Of a stretch of 64,000 bases of DNA, positions 13,007 to 25,243 are shown one piece after another. The notes beneath the pieces were generated by a model, which saw only the letters and a program-made list of their open reading frames with translations, was not told the origin of the DNA and searched no databases. Position 1 is the first letter of the stretch, and each line of letters opens with the position of its first letter. Origin of the DNA: Octopus sinensis (lineage: Eukaryota); the NCBI RefSeq assembly GCF_006345805.1, contig NC_043005.1, forward strand, positions 31,000,001 through 31,064,000. The letters are read 5' to 3'. Both the position numbers and the translations under genes were made by a program.

Positions 13007-13786
13007 CGCAAACAAGAAGTCGAAAGAAAACAATACGCAAAGTGTGAGAGGTCCTGAAAAGGACCGTTGATACGATAAAGCACAATAACTTTACTAGTGA
13101 TGCTATAATAGGAGGTTGATTTATTCTCATAACAGGCAGGGTTTTTCAGTTGCGCAACAAACGTCGTTCACTCCAGCAACGCGGTGTTACGTTAGGAACT
13201 CGTTGAGGGGGCGAGCCTTCTAGTATTCATCTCGGGAAGAAAACAGCAGCAGGAGGCAGCTGTAATAATTCAGCGGAGTTTGTTTTGACTGGAAATGATT
13301 TAAGGCAGTTTTATGATTTTAAACAGCAGTGCACAGCCTTTTCGGTATAAAAAAATAAAATAGGGTCTCTAGCACATCGCACGACCACCTGATACCTTCC
13401 TCGTTATTTCTCACTGTAGTTTTCCAATATCTTAAAATTTACAACCCGCTCCTTCGTCGCTGCGGGTTGTCGAACACGCAAATTGAAATTAAATAGACAA
13501 AAAACAAAGGATTTGTATCTCACCAGTTTGCCTCAATTTCAAATTTTCTCATTTATTTACTTATACCTTATCTATCTACACGGAACCCATCTTCTAAAAT
13601 GAATCCGAAGGAAAAAAAAAAGCATTGAAAACGTAGGAGTGACACTTGAAAACTTAGGGGAAGGGTAGATTGAGGTGGACAATATAAAAAGCTTTAAAAC
13701 TTAATTGGGGAGATGAATTAGAAAGGATTTAAAAGAAAAAAATCGCAAACAAGAAGTCGAAAGAAAACAATACGCAAAGTGTGAGA

Positions 13787-13802
13787 GGCCCTGAAAAGGA
13801 CC
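13787..13802 (-). terminator. Histone 3' stem-loop of H2A (unit 1)
   Basis: Reverse complement is GGTCCT TTTC AGGGCC, 40 nt after the stop. Confidence 0.9.
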
Positions 13803-13842
13803 GTTGATACGATAAAGCACAAATGCTTCAGTAATAAGTAAT

Positions 13843-14220
13843 TTACTTGGCTGCCTTCTGAGTCTTCTTGGGGAGAAGGACAGCTTGGATGTTGGGAAGA
13901 ACACCACCCTGGGCGATGGTCACTCCAGACAAAAGTTTGTTCAATTCTTCGTCGTTACGGATGGCCAACTGCAAGTGACGGGGAATAATTCTCGATTTCT
14001 TGTTGTCTCTGGCAGCATTTCCTGCCAATTCCAACACCTCAGCAGCCAAATATTCCATCACAGCGGCCAAGTAGACTGGGGCTCCGGCACCAACACGTTG
14101 AGCATAGTTTCCCTTACGGAGAAGACGATGGATACGACCGACGGGGAACTGAAGCCCGGCGCGGGATGAGCGGGTCTTGCTCTTTCCCTTTACTTTACCT
14201 CCTTTACCACGTCCAGACAT
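13843..14220 (-). CDS. H2A: Histone H2A type 1 (GNYAQRVG; C-terminus KKTQKAAK)
   Basis: Intact 125-aa [32 protein letters not shown] with stem-loop. Confidence 0.97.
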   Translation of the reverse strand: MSGRGKGGKVKGKSKTRSSRAGLQFPVGRIHRLLRKGNYAQRVGAGAPVYLAAVMEYLAAEVLELAGNAARDNKKSRIIPRHLQLAIRNDEELNKLLSGVTIAQGGVLPNIQAVLLPKKTQKAAK

Positions 14221-14485
14221 ATTCAAAGATTGACAGTAGCTTTCACAAAATACTCCAAATAATACTTTTTTGAGTTTCTTTTGCCTTTAAGTACAAGTTA
14301 GGAGGCTCCAGCAGTCACAAGCTGCTAAGCGAAAACGAGCGCGGTCTCATGTCACGTGATTAGGCTGCTGTCAAAATCCACCAATGAAATTGAAAGGCGC
14401 GCAGTGTCAGCTAGTTGCTCCGCTGAGCCTACTTGTCCCTTATAAATAGAGTAGGCAAGCAGTTGGACAGTACGTAACTGACATT
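14221..14485. promoter_or_regulatory. Bidirectional H2A/H2B promoter
   Basis: 265 bp between divergent ATGs. TATAAATA 14441-14448, CCAAT 14381-14385, TCACGTGA 14352-14359. Conserved in unit 2 (27869-28134). Confidence 0.75.
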
Positions 14486-14863
14486 ATGCCACCAGCACCA
14501 GCAACTGCTTCGAAAGGAGCCAAGAAGGCTTCCAAGGCTAAGGCCTCTCGCCCTACCGGCGACAAGAAGCGAAAGAAGAAGAGGAAGGAAAGTTATTCCA
14601 TCTACATCTACAAAGTAATGAAACAAGTCCACCCCGACACTGGCATCTCCAGCAAAGCTATGTCCATCATGAACAGTTTTGTCAACGATCTGTTCGAAAG
14701 AATAGCCTCTGAATCTAGCCGTTTGGCTCACTACAACAAACGTTCAACCATCAGTAGCCGTGAGGTTCAGACTGCTGTCCGTCTTCTCCTCCCTGGTGAG
14801 TTGGCCAAGCACGCAGTCTCTGAGGGTACCAAGGCTGTCACCAAGTACACTAGCAGCAAGTAA
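14486..14863 (+). CDS. H2B: Histone H2B
   Basis: Intact 125-aa ORF containing [26 protein letters not shown] and ending [10 protein letters not shown]. Confidence 0.97.
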   Translation: MPPAPATASKGAKKASKAKASRPTGDKKRKKKRKESYSIYIYKVMKQVHPDTGISSKAMSIMNSFVNDLFERIASESSRLAHYNKRSTISSREVQTAVRLLLPGELAKHAVSEGTKAVTKYTSSK

Positions 14864-14892
14864 ATCTACTTAGTGTTTGCTCTGCGAATAAC

Positions 14893-14908
14893 GGTCCTTT
14901 TCAGGACC
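14893..14908 (+). terminator. Histone 3' stem-loop of H2B (unit 1)
   Basis: GGTCCT TTTC AGGACC followed by ACCCA. Confidence 0.93.
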
Positions 14909-15987
14909 ACCCATATTCTCATGATTGTTACTTTCGACTTTCTATTGATTTGCGTTGTCTTTGTAAAATGTCTTGACGATACCTAAAACTGTATTTATAG
15001 CAGAATTCTCCCTGACGTTCAGGTGTATTTCATGCAAAGCTGGTTCTTTTTAAGGATACTTTGGTTTGGCTATGTCTTTAATTTTATTGAAGTTGGCACT
15101 CATGCTTTTATGCAAAAATGTTAGGCACGCACTTTATCTCGGCACTACTAGCGAACAGTGCGCACTAGCTAGTCGGTCCTACAACGACTTGTGCGTATAC
15201 ATGTTTGTATTTCAACGCTGAATACATATCAAAGAAAATGGGTTATTTATATTTTTCGAACAAAGTAAATAATTTTTTAAAAGGTTTTTTAACTCTAAAC
15301 CTAACCTTAGTTTGTTTATAAAAAATAATTTATTTACTTAGTTTATATGTAGATAAAACGCAAAGAAAAAACATTTTCAAAATTTCAACCCCACCCACAC
15401 TTCATTTTTCACTTTATTCGGATTTTTGTTTTTGCGAAATACGATTATTTTGAAAAAAAAAATATTTGCAATATTTCAAGAAAAAAAAAGTATATATGCC
15501 CTCAGGCCTTCAAGCAGACTGTTCACTTGCTAGAAATAACAGCTAAATTTCACAAAACTGCGGTAACATAAATGAAATTTCAAAAATGAGATTTTTGAAA
15601 ATTTCCTCCGTAACCAAAAACGTGGAATTCCGTAACAAAAAAAAATCAAAATATATCCATTTTACCCGAAGTAATGACGGAAAAATCGCATCTTGTGAAT
15701 TTTCCGAAATTCCCCTTTCCCTACCCCCAGGGTCGTCAGCGCGTATTTTTGTTTTCATGTTCGTTTTCCACACACTTGTTAACACCCCAGGCTGGTTTAA
15801 TTTTTTTTTTCCTGTGTGAGGATCTTTATATTAACCGATCTTTGAGGTTTGCAACAACCTCATCAATTTTACTGCAATCAGATATTGCAGTATTCTCTTA
15901 AATAGAATTTCCTGATAACACCATTACGGCTCATATACAGTATATGCAAAATTTTGTTTTGTAACAGTATAGAGAGACAAAAATCAC

Positions 15988-16105
15988 ACGTTAGCACACC
16001 AGGCGAAATAATTAGCAACATTTTATCCATCTTAACGTTTTGAACTCAACCGAGGTCGATGCGATCGACGAGCCCCCTTCCTACAAAATTTCAGGCCTTG
16101 TGAAA
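15988..16105 (+). mobile_element. SINE-like repeat fragment (family B)
   Basis: gttagcacaccaggcgaaata...accgaggtcga...aaatttcaggccttgtg. Related to 29672-29790, 42870-43055(-) and 47465-47830. Confidence 0.55.
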
Positions 16106-16509
16106 AAAAAAATGATATTTCTAACAAGCTATTAATTTTTGGATATAGGATCCACAGTAGCCGACTGGTAGGCTAAGTCGACTTAAAACGATGTAACTAA
16201 TGGCTGCATTTTAAACTCTTGATAGTTTGGGTGTAAAATTTATGAGCAACTGGTAAATTTTGAGATTTGAATTCCTTTCACTTGCTTTTGTTTACCATTT
16301 CCTCCGGGGCTACAAGTTGATGCAACAGATGACGATTATTTTAATCTGGCGCCTTGTGATTTCATTGGTTAAAATTTAAAAGTCAAGTGACATGGATGCC
16401 TAATTAGCAACTACTGCGTCATGGAGCCGACTAAAGCTTATTTAAAGGTAAAGTAAATATAACCAGCTAAATTTGCTGTTCGCTGCATAATCTACAACCA
16501 ATTTGAATA

Positions 16510-16861
16510 ATGTCTGGCCGTGGTAAAGGAGGTAAAGTAAAGGGAAAGAGCAAGACCCGCTCATCCCGTGCCGGGCTTCAGTTCCCCGTCAGCCGTATCC
16601 ACCGTCTTCTCCGTAAAGGATGGTGAACGTATTGGTGCCGGGGCCCCAGTCTACCTTGCTGCTGTAATGGAATATTTGGCTGCTGAGGTGTTGGAATTGG
16701 CAGGAAATGCTGCCAGAGACAACAAGAAATCAAGAATTATTCCCCGTCACTTGCAGTTGGCCATCCGTAACGACGAAGAATTGAACAAACTTTTGTCTGG
16801 AGTGACCATCGCCCAGGGTGGTGTCCTTCTCCCCAAGAAGGCCAACAAGCCAGCTAAGTAA
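16510..16861 (+). pseudogene. H2A: H2A type 2 pseudogene
   Basis: Compared with 30194-30571: 5-bp frameshifting deletion (AACTA) near 16620, 21-bp deletion near 16825, FPVG to FPVS, and stem-loop first G changed to C (16886-16901). Confidence 0.92.
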
Positions 16862-17689
16862 ATGAACTGATTTTCAACAAGAAACCGCCCTTTTTAGGGC
16901 CACTATATCTTATGTAAAGTTATCTCTTGACTTAAATTTCATGCGATAAGTGGTTTAATTTCCATTAATTTGTTTAGATTTAGCTTTCACGTTTAGGTAA
17001 ATGGAGTAGATAGATTGACGTTAAGATAGGATGCACCAGTGACCAAAATGCGCGGAAAAGTTGAATAGATGTCTTCTATAAATTGAATTTGCGGAAACGG
17101 TCGTATTCAAAAACTGTGTTAATTAAGTTGAAAGTGAACTTAGATATCTAAATGTTTATTTTCTAGTTTCGTTAGTAGCCAAGGATTTTCTCTTTCGGGG
17201 CGGGACATTATTAGCTTTGCAGAATCTGTTGTTACAAGGGAATGTTTTTTCTTTATATGCATGTAATTAATGGAAACCCGATTCAGTGGACTTGATTTGG
17301 AAGCAATTTAAATTTTGTGTAGGTGTTCAAAAATAATACATTACATACTATCAGCTTCTTTTGTCAAGTTGAATATTATTTGCGTATAAAATGTACACGT
17401 AGTTTTCATTATAATTAAGTCTACTGTCCACTGAACCTGCTAGAAATAGCAGTCAAAATCAACTCATCTAAAGAAAAATTTCCTCTAACAACTGATTCTT
17501 CAAAGCAAATCATATCCCGCTCCGAAAGAGAAAATCTTAGGCTACTAACGAAACGTTTTAGAAATTAACATTTATTTAAATATCCAAGTTAACTTTAACC
17601 TCAACATAGCTTTTAAATTTAAATAGGAGCAGGCATGGCTGTGAGGTAAAAAGCTTGCTTTTCAACCACATGATTCTGGCACCTTGGGC

Positions 17690-17910
17690 AAGTGTCTTCT
17701 ATATACCTTGAGTGGATATGGTTGACGGAAACTGATAGAAACCCGTCGTATATGTGTGTCTGTTCCCCGCCACCATCGCTTGGCAACCGATATTGGTGTT
17801 TACATCCCCGTTCGGCAAAAGGTGACGATAGAATAAGTACCAGGTTTACATTGAAAGTTTTGGGGTCGATTTCTTTGAGGTAGTGCTCTGGCATGGCCGC
17901 AGTCAAATAA
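17690..17910 (-). mobile_element. SINE-like repeat (family A)
   Basis: Reverse complement gactgcggccatgccagagcact...gaaatcgacccc...gccaagcgatggtggcgggg. Paralogue at 31430-31645. Confidence 0.65.
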
Positions 17911-17987
17911 CAAGTAAAAGAATAAATATAAGAAACGGTTTTAAAGTTTTAAAAGGTTTCTCTGTGTTTGTTGAAGATAAAGTAAAC

Positions 17988-20900
17988 TACAGTGAAATCG
18001 AATGAATTATTTACAATGAAATCGAATGAGTTACAAGAACAAACGAACAAAAAGGGACATATGAAGTCAAAAGAACAGGATAGCTGACCCCATGAGCCCT
18101 GTTATTTTAACTGAAACTTTTGGTAAGTGATCATGGCGTGTTCATGCAAGGCCTTTCACTCCTAGCATCCGTGCAACACGCATCCATCTTTTTTTGAATA
18201 CGCGCTCTGACAGACACATTTTCTCCAGCCCCACCTTTCTTTTCAGATGGAACTTGAAAAAGTTCGTTAGGGCGGTGCCAGAGATCATGGCGTCTGTCAT
18301 TATACATTTCACTCTAGTCTTCCATATAACCCCTTTCGCAACTGCTACTATCACGAGAAAGCAATGCTTACCTTCGTTCGTCATGAAACCAGGCGGGTCA
18401 ATTTTTAAGATTGACTCAGACGACAGCTGTACTCTTCTTCCGTCTGACAATAGGTGTTCGGCCTAAGCCCACACGTCCGAAATATCCGGACACTGAACAA
18501 TAGCGTGCAGGATTGTTTCCACATCTCGCCCGCATCTTGAACAGACTGATGGTCCTCTGTGACCATGCCTTGTGAGTTTATCTCGAACGGGTAAGGCTCC
18601 TCTGTAACATTGCCAGGCCAAGGACTTCTGAAGATTATCCAGTGTCCCTGGTCCGAATGTCCTTTGGAACAGGCTGTCTAACTGATTACCATCGAGACCC
18701 AGGGTCCTTCCCAGGGTATCATCATTTCCGGCCTCTACCAACCTGCTATAGAACGCTGCAGTGGTACCAAAGCCGCCGGCATTGCCCGAGCTGCGGAAGC
18801 GTAAGAGAGCCCTACGGCACTCCGAATACCACATACTTAATCTTAGTCTGCGACGGAACCAGGTTTCTCTACCACCAAAACTGGCTAAGCTGGGGAACAT
18901 CTGTTTTGCGAGCGGGGACCACACCCGTTCACCTTCCAGGTAAAGCCAAAGATGCCTCAACCTCAGTGCATGCTTGCGCATCAACAGCCAAGGCATCTCT
19001 AACCCACCCTTTAACGGCTTTTGACAACAAATAGAACGTCTCACAAAAAGCGAAAGATTTGCCTCTCCATCTTGCTCAACCACGAATCCGGACAAGGGAC
19101 GACGGTTAGGCGGTATATGATGACCGATGCCATGAACACATTGGCCACCTCCGCCCTCCCTTTCAAGGATAGCCACCGCCAAGACCAAGTCTTGACCACG
19201 TGAGCCACCTTGCTCGCGACCTCAAACCAGTTCTTTTCTATCTGGAGACCTGGACCAAACCAGATCCCTAGCAATTTAACCGGGCCCTCCGTCCAGCATC
19301 CCACGATGCTATTCGAAGGCATCGACTTGCCAACCCAGGTGCCGAGTTGCAAGCCGACTGACTTTTCCCGGTTGATTTTTGCTCCTGTCACCGTCTCGTA
19401 CTCCTTGATGTTGTCTCCTACATTCTGTAGGAGTTCCACCTTGATCACGATGATGGTGATGTCGTCCGCATACACTGTAACAGATCCTCCTCCTCCTGGA
19501 TTCGTCGGGATGACGCTCTTCTTTCGCAGTAACGGCTCGAGAGCCATCACGTATAAAAGTGGGGAGAGCGGACACCCTTGACGAACTGACCGTTTGATGC
19601 GGAACGGCCTAGAAAGTAGAGCGTTCCCCCGAACGATCGAGTCGATGTCGAACAACTGTATAGTGTGATGACAATCCCTCAAGGATGATGGTCTTCGCGC
19701 AAATTTACTGGTAAGTCTGTAGGTGACCGATAAGACCAATTCTTGCTTGAAAAGATCGGTCGCAGTGCGGACATCTAGTGTCGGAAGGGAGAGTCGCACG
19801 TGGTTGTTGTTGGCGCTCCTTCCGTCGTCGTCTTTTCTCCTCCAGCTCTGCAGACCTTTTCGACTCGAAAGTCGCCGTTCTCTCGTGGATGGTGGTTTTC
19901 CAGAGTGGTCTGTTTTTTGCCGTTTCCTCCCAAGTTAGTGAAGTCGATGTCACACTTTTTGATGTTCGTTTTCAGGGAGTCCTTGTAGCGTTTCTTCTGG
20001 CCTCCTTTTGTACGCTTGCCGTCTTTGAGTTGGGAGTAGAAGATCTGTTTGGGAAGTCGTTCGTCAGTCATTCTAACCACGTGGCCGCTCCATCTTAGTT
20101 GGCCTTTGATGACATAGGCTTCGATGCTGGTTATTTTTGCTTCTTGTAGCACGCTGACGTTTGTTCTTCTGTCTTCCCAGTTGATGTTAAGGATCTTCCG
20201 AAGACAGCGTGGGTGAAATTTCTCGAGCGTTTTCAGGTGGTGACTATACGGGGTCCAGGTTTCGGATGCGTAAAGGAGGGTTGGAATAATGACTGCCCTG
20301 TACACCATGAGTTTGGTTTCGGTTCGGATGTCCCGATCAGCAAAATCTCTTGTTCGAAGCTTGCCGAAAGCTGTTCCTGCACACTTCAGACGGTGTTGGA
20401 TTTCATCGCTGAGGTCTACCTTTGCGGACAGATGGCTTCCAAGGTAGCAGAAATGGTTCACATTTTCCAATGGAATTCCTTCGAGTTGAATCGATGGCGT
20501 GTTGTCAACACGGGTATTGGGAGGAGGTTGGTAGAGTAAGTGAGTCCTCTTGATGTTGATGCTCAGTCCAAGTTTAGTATATGCATGATGAAAAGCATTT
20601 AGGATCTGTTAGAGGTGATCCTCTCTGTGAGCTGCTACACTGTTGTCGTCGGCATATTGGAACTCTAGCAAGCTTCGCGCCATTGTCTTTGACGTACTTT
20701 TGAGGCGAGCGAGGTTGAAAAGCTTGCCGTCCATTCTGTACGAGATCTCGATGCCAGGTGGAAGGTCATCTCGTATGATGTGCAACACTGTCGCGATAAA
20801 GATGGTAAAGAGAGTTGGCGCTATCACGCAGCCTTGATTCACTCCGGAGGTGACTTTAAAGGGCTCAGAACTGCCTCCGTCGGTCTGGACTCTGGCGTGC

Positions 20901-23900
20901 ATATTGTCGTGGAGGAGTTTGAGGATCCATACTGGGCGAGAATATCTCAGAGGAGCTCTCGCAAGACACGATCAAAGGCTTTGGATAGGTCGATAAAGGC
21001 CAAATAGAGCGGTTGGTGTTGTTCACGACATTTTTCTTGTAACTGTCGCAGTGTGAAAATCATGTCGGTTGTGCTTCGTGATGGCCTAAAGCCGGTCTGC
21101 GTCTCAGGAAGGATCCTCTCTGACAGCGTTTTGAGGCGGTTGTTCAGGATGCGTGCAAGAATCTTCCCAGCAGTTGCTAATAAGGAATTACCCCGGTAAT
21201 TTCCACACTCAGAACGATCGCCCTTTCGTTTGTAAATGGTAATGATGTTAGCATCCCTGAAGTCGGATGGTACAACTTCATTTGTTCAGATTTTGACCAA
21301 GAGTTGGTGGAGCTGGTGTTGGACAAAATCACCTCCCACTTTGTAGACCTCAGCTGGGATTCCATCAGGACCCGCGGCTTTGTTGTTCTTCATCGCTGTG
21401 ATAGCAATTTTGACCTCTTCGAGGGATGGAATTCGAGCGAGAGAGTAATCTTTGGCCTCTTTAGGAATCATGTCAAGTATGCTTTTGTCGATGGTAGCCT
21501 TGTGATTGAGGAGGTCTCCTATTTCGGTGTTGCTTTTCAGGATAGTCGGTCCGTCTTTACTCTTCAGATAGCCTGTCCATGTGTGGAAGGTCCGTATATT
21601 TCTTTCGTGGCTTTGAAGAACCCTCTGGTGTCGTTTACATCTGCTAGCTGCTGGATTTCACGAGATTTGTGTCTCCACCACTGGGTCTTCAGGGTATGGG
21701 TTGTCCTTTGAACTGCGGCTTTGCACTTTTTGTGTTGCTCACCAGAGCCGCCACTGGAACAACTGTATAATCCACCCGAGGAAACCAATACCCAGCCCGA
21801 ACTGTGCGAGCACAGACACCAAGTAACGATGGTTCACCCTATCGAAAGCTTTACTCTGGTCTAAATGGACCAGTGCCCCATCCTTGCCAGAGTTATTCCT
21901 GAACCCTTCTACGGTGTAACGTATAAGGTGAAGATTATCCTGAATAGTTCTTCTGGGGACTGCACAAGTTTGTGCCTCCCCGATCAGACCATCCGCGACA
22001 TGCGTCAACCTTTTCGCTAACACCTTGGCCAAAATCTTCACCTCTGCGTTCAGCAGGGTGATGGGCCTAAAGTGATCTATTCTATCCCCCTTGCCCGGGT
22101 CTTCCTGATCAGCGTCACCACTCCCCGGCATGCAGACCTGGGAATCCTCCCATTCTGATTCCAGTTCGCGAAAACGCTGGCCAGTATTGGCCCGAACAAT
22201 TCTGGCATACTTTTATATATTTCGTAGGGTAAACCATCGAGTCCCGGCGCCTTACCTCTGCCGCAGTCGGCTATGGCCTCAGTCACCTCCTCAGGCGTGA
22301 TTGACCCTTCACAGCTCTCCGCATCCCGCCTCGAGAGGCGCGGCAGCCCGGCGAGGAAGCCCGTAAGGTCCACCCCCTTATCCGGTCCACCTTCGCCCCC
22401 GAAAAGCTGGGCGAAGTGCTCCTGAAAAGTCCGATACATCTCCTCGGGTTCGTTTACCACATCGCCCTTCTCGTTCGTCACAGACTTAATTGTGGAATCG
22501 TTTCCGCGTTGAGCCTTCACAACTCGTGCCCATCCGGCGGCCTTAATTCCCTCGCACCCCATTGCGCGAACCCTAGCTCTTACGATACAACCCATGTGCT
22601 TGGCTTCGAGGTGCTGGTTTAATTCCAGTCTCTTCGCCCTCACCTGAGTCCCGTCGCCAGATCTAAGGGCTTCCTCTAGGGTCTTAACTAGCCCCTCTTC
22701 TTTCTTACGCCTTTTATTTGCTAGTCCTATGCTATATCTAATGGACTCGTATTTTATGGCTCTTTTGAGCGCTAACCACCATTTGTTGTTAAGAATGGAA
22801 CCGGTTAACGCCCTCTGAATTAGTAACGTAATCCGGCTTCTGTACTCCTCAATCGCCAAAAGGGACATATTGAGTTTCCAGTAACCGGATCCTTTTCTAC
22901 ATGACTTATCTTTTTTGCCTTCTTGATCTCTCGCTTTTTTCCTTCGTTTCTTCCTTTTTCCGGGGAGAGGTTCCTATGTTTTCTTTTTGTTGTTGCTGCT
23001 ATCCATCCCTCCCCTTCTTTCTCCTCTGGTATTGATGTTGCTGGTTCTGCCGTCACTGGTACTGCAGAGGCTGGAGGTTCGACCGTTCTCCCCTTCTCTG
23101 CCGGCTCGCAATTTTTCCTGAGGTGTCCCTTTTTGCCGCATAGGAAGCACCTACTGGTAGACGGTTGTCGCCAATTTCTATTATTTCTGCGATTTCTTCC
23201 AATATAGCTGGTTCGGCCTGTAATGTAATCATTACTTTTTGGTCGACCCAGAATTTCGTCTAGTCCACCACTGCATCGATGATGTTGATTTTTGCCTCGA
23301 GGCCCAAAGTCACAGCCGCTACCAGCTTCTCAGACTCCATCTCAGGCGGCACCTTCGTTATAGTATTTTTCGAGGTCCTCCTGCCCATATATAAGGGCAG
23401 AAGCAGTACCTCGTCCGTCTTTAATGGTTCCACCGAATGGAACCTCGCTTCCTCCTCCGTGCTAAACCTCACCTCAACCGTGGCAAACCTCTTTCCTGTC
23501 GTTATAAATTTTACTTTATCCCTTATGGGATTTAGACATTTCTCGATATGATCCTCTTTTGTGAATCCGATCGTTTTCTCCTTAATGTTGAACGTTTTGA
23601 AAATTACTGTTTTTCGTTCAACGCTCTCTTGTGACTCCTTGGATTGCTCCACATTGGCTTCGAGACAACTCTCGTAATATTTTGCTTTAACTCATCCAGA
23701 TTTTCTAGATTTATATTTCTTCTTTGCCCGCTAGCTGCTGTTGCAAAATTTAGTTCTTTCTCGCGCCACCCACCTCAAGACTAGGTGCCTCTATACTTCT
23801 CCTTGCTATCGGCTTTTTCTGTTTATTTTGTATATCCTCCTCCGAGTTCGACGACAATCTTAGGTTTCGGATTTCTTCCATTCCGACCATTGTCTTCCTC

Positions 23901-24045
23901 TCTGGGCTAGCCATTATTTTGGCCACCCTTACGGGCAAAAATTGTTACAAGAGCACTAGTAACAATTCAACGTCAAGCACGGGTTGAGTTTACACAGTTA
24001 CACAGATGTCAGATGACAACTAACAATTACAATGAAAACAGGGGT
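17988..24045 (-). mobile_element. Tx1-like element copy 2 (3'-clipped, ~1-kb internal deletion, RTE insertion)
   Basis: Colinear with copy 1 from position 459. Junction at 22910/22911 removes the equivalent of about 3296-4308 (APE domain and ORF1 end). Confidence 0.9.
19663..21756 (-). mobile_element. 5'-truncated RTE-clade LINE nested in the Tx1 RT region
   Basis: 13-bp TSD GAACAACTGTATA at 19650-19662 and 21757-21769. Disrupted RT frames (GPDGIPAE, QGCVIAP, YADD, TLLYASETW) and C-terminal CPHC...LIGH. Confidence 0.92.
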
Positions 24046-24168
24046 GGGGTAGCTGTCGTTTTCTAAATCTAAAGAAGCTATCTTCCCGCCCAATCTTTCT
24101 TTCTCTAACGGTCACACTGTATAAACTGTGACCATTTCTCACTAATTTTCGTTCGCTGACATATCGAG

Positions 24169-24495
24169 ATGGCTCGTACTAAGCAAACTGCTCGTAAATC
24201 CACCGGTGGAAAGGCTCCACGTAAGCAACTGGCTACCGAGGCAACCAGGAAAAGTGCCCCAGCTACTGGCGGTGTGAAAATACCTTTCCAGAGACTTGTT
24301 CGTGAAATCGCTCAGGACTTCAAGACCGATCTTCGTTTCCAGAGTTCTGCTGTGATGGCTCTTCAAGAAGCTAGCGAAGCTTACTTGGTTGGTCTTTTCG
24401 AAGATACCAACTTGTGTGCTATCCACGCTAAGAGAGTGACCATCATGCCCAAGGACATCCAGCTTGCCCGTCGTATCCGTGGCGAGAGATCTTAA
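24169..24495 (+). pseudogene. H3: Aberrant H3 (K23E, A25T, A135S) with an 84-bp in-frame deletion
   Basis: GGVK|IPFQR junction loses 28 codons including the alpha-N helix. Same broken stem-loop as the copy at 5611. Confidence 0.9.
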
Positions 24496-25243
24496 GTCGT
24501 TGCTTTGTCAGCATCTTTTTAGGGCCCCTATATTATATCCTAAGTATTCTCTTTCGATCATTTGATATGCTATACGTTTTTGTTTACCCTTTTCTTTAGC
24601 TGTATTATATAAGTTTAATATAGATTGGCTATGATGGATTCGTGGACCATACTGGAGCACCGCCTTTAGTCGAGGAAATCGACCCCAGGACTTATTCTTT
24701 GTAAGCCTAGTTTTTATCGGTCTCTAGCCGAACTGCTGGTTATGGGGACGTAAACACCAGCATAGATATTGTCAAGCGATGTTACAAACATACATACGGC
24801 GGGCTTCTTACAGTTTCCGTCTACCAAATCCACTCAAGGCTTTGGTCGGTTCGAGGCTGTTAGACAGTGGGACTGAACCTCGTTACATGTTATTCTGTTC
24901 ATTGTGAGGTTCTTTAACATGGAATTGTCGAAAAACACCAGCTACCTATATTAAATTTTCTAAATTTGTTGAATCTAAGATTCGGTATATTTTCAGTTTT
25001 TACATTTAGAAAATTGTCTCGGAATCTTTCCAACCCACACACGGTAGGGGTCTTAGATAGTAGGCTATTTCTAGTAAGGCGGTCCTTCGGACATCCTATG
25101 TAGTCATATCACCGTAAAGAACATTTCTGAGAAGAATTACAATGATGCTGCCCGCGCCAGCATTATTGTTAGGAAGGTATCGGGTAGTCGTAAGATGTGC
25201 AATACAAGTAACAACTAAATGGCCTTTAGATCTTTACCCTTTT

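Larger units (their letters stand above)
11330..13820. repeat. Local ~750-bp tandem duplication of the H2A downstream spacer (copy A interrupted by a foldback element)
   Basis: 11330-12030 plus 13007-13083 matches 13083-13820. Junction cacaa|taacttt. Unit 2 has only one copy (26695-27470). Confidence 0.85.

Noticed and set aside
10902-13840. Possible 5S rRNA, snRNA or tRNA genes in the histone spacers
   Set aside because: No recognisable U1, U2, U4, U5, U6, 5S or tRNA sequence on either strand by eye. An Infernal scan would be needed to exclude U7.
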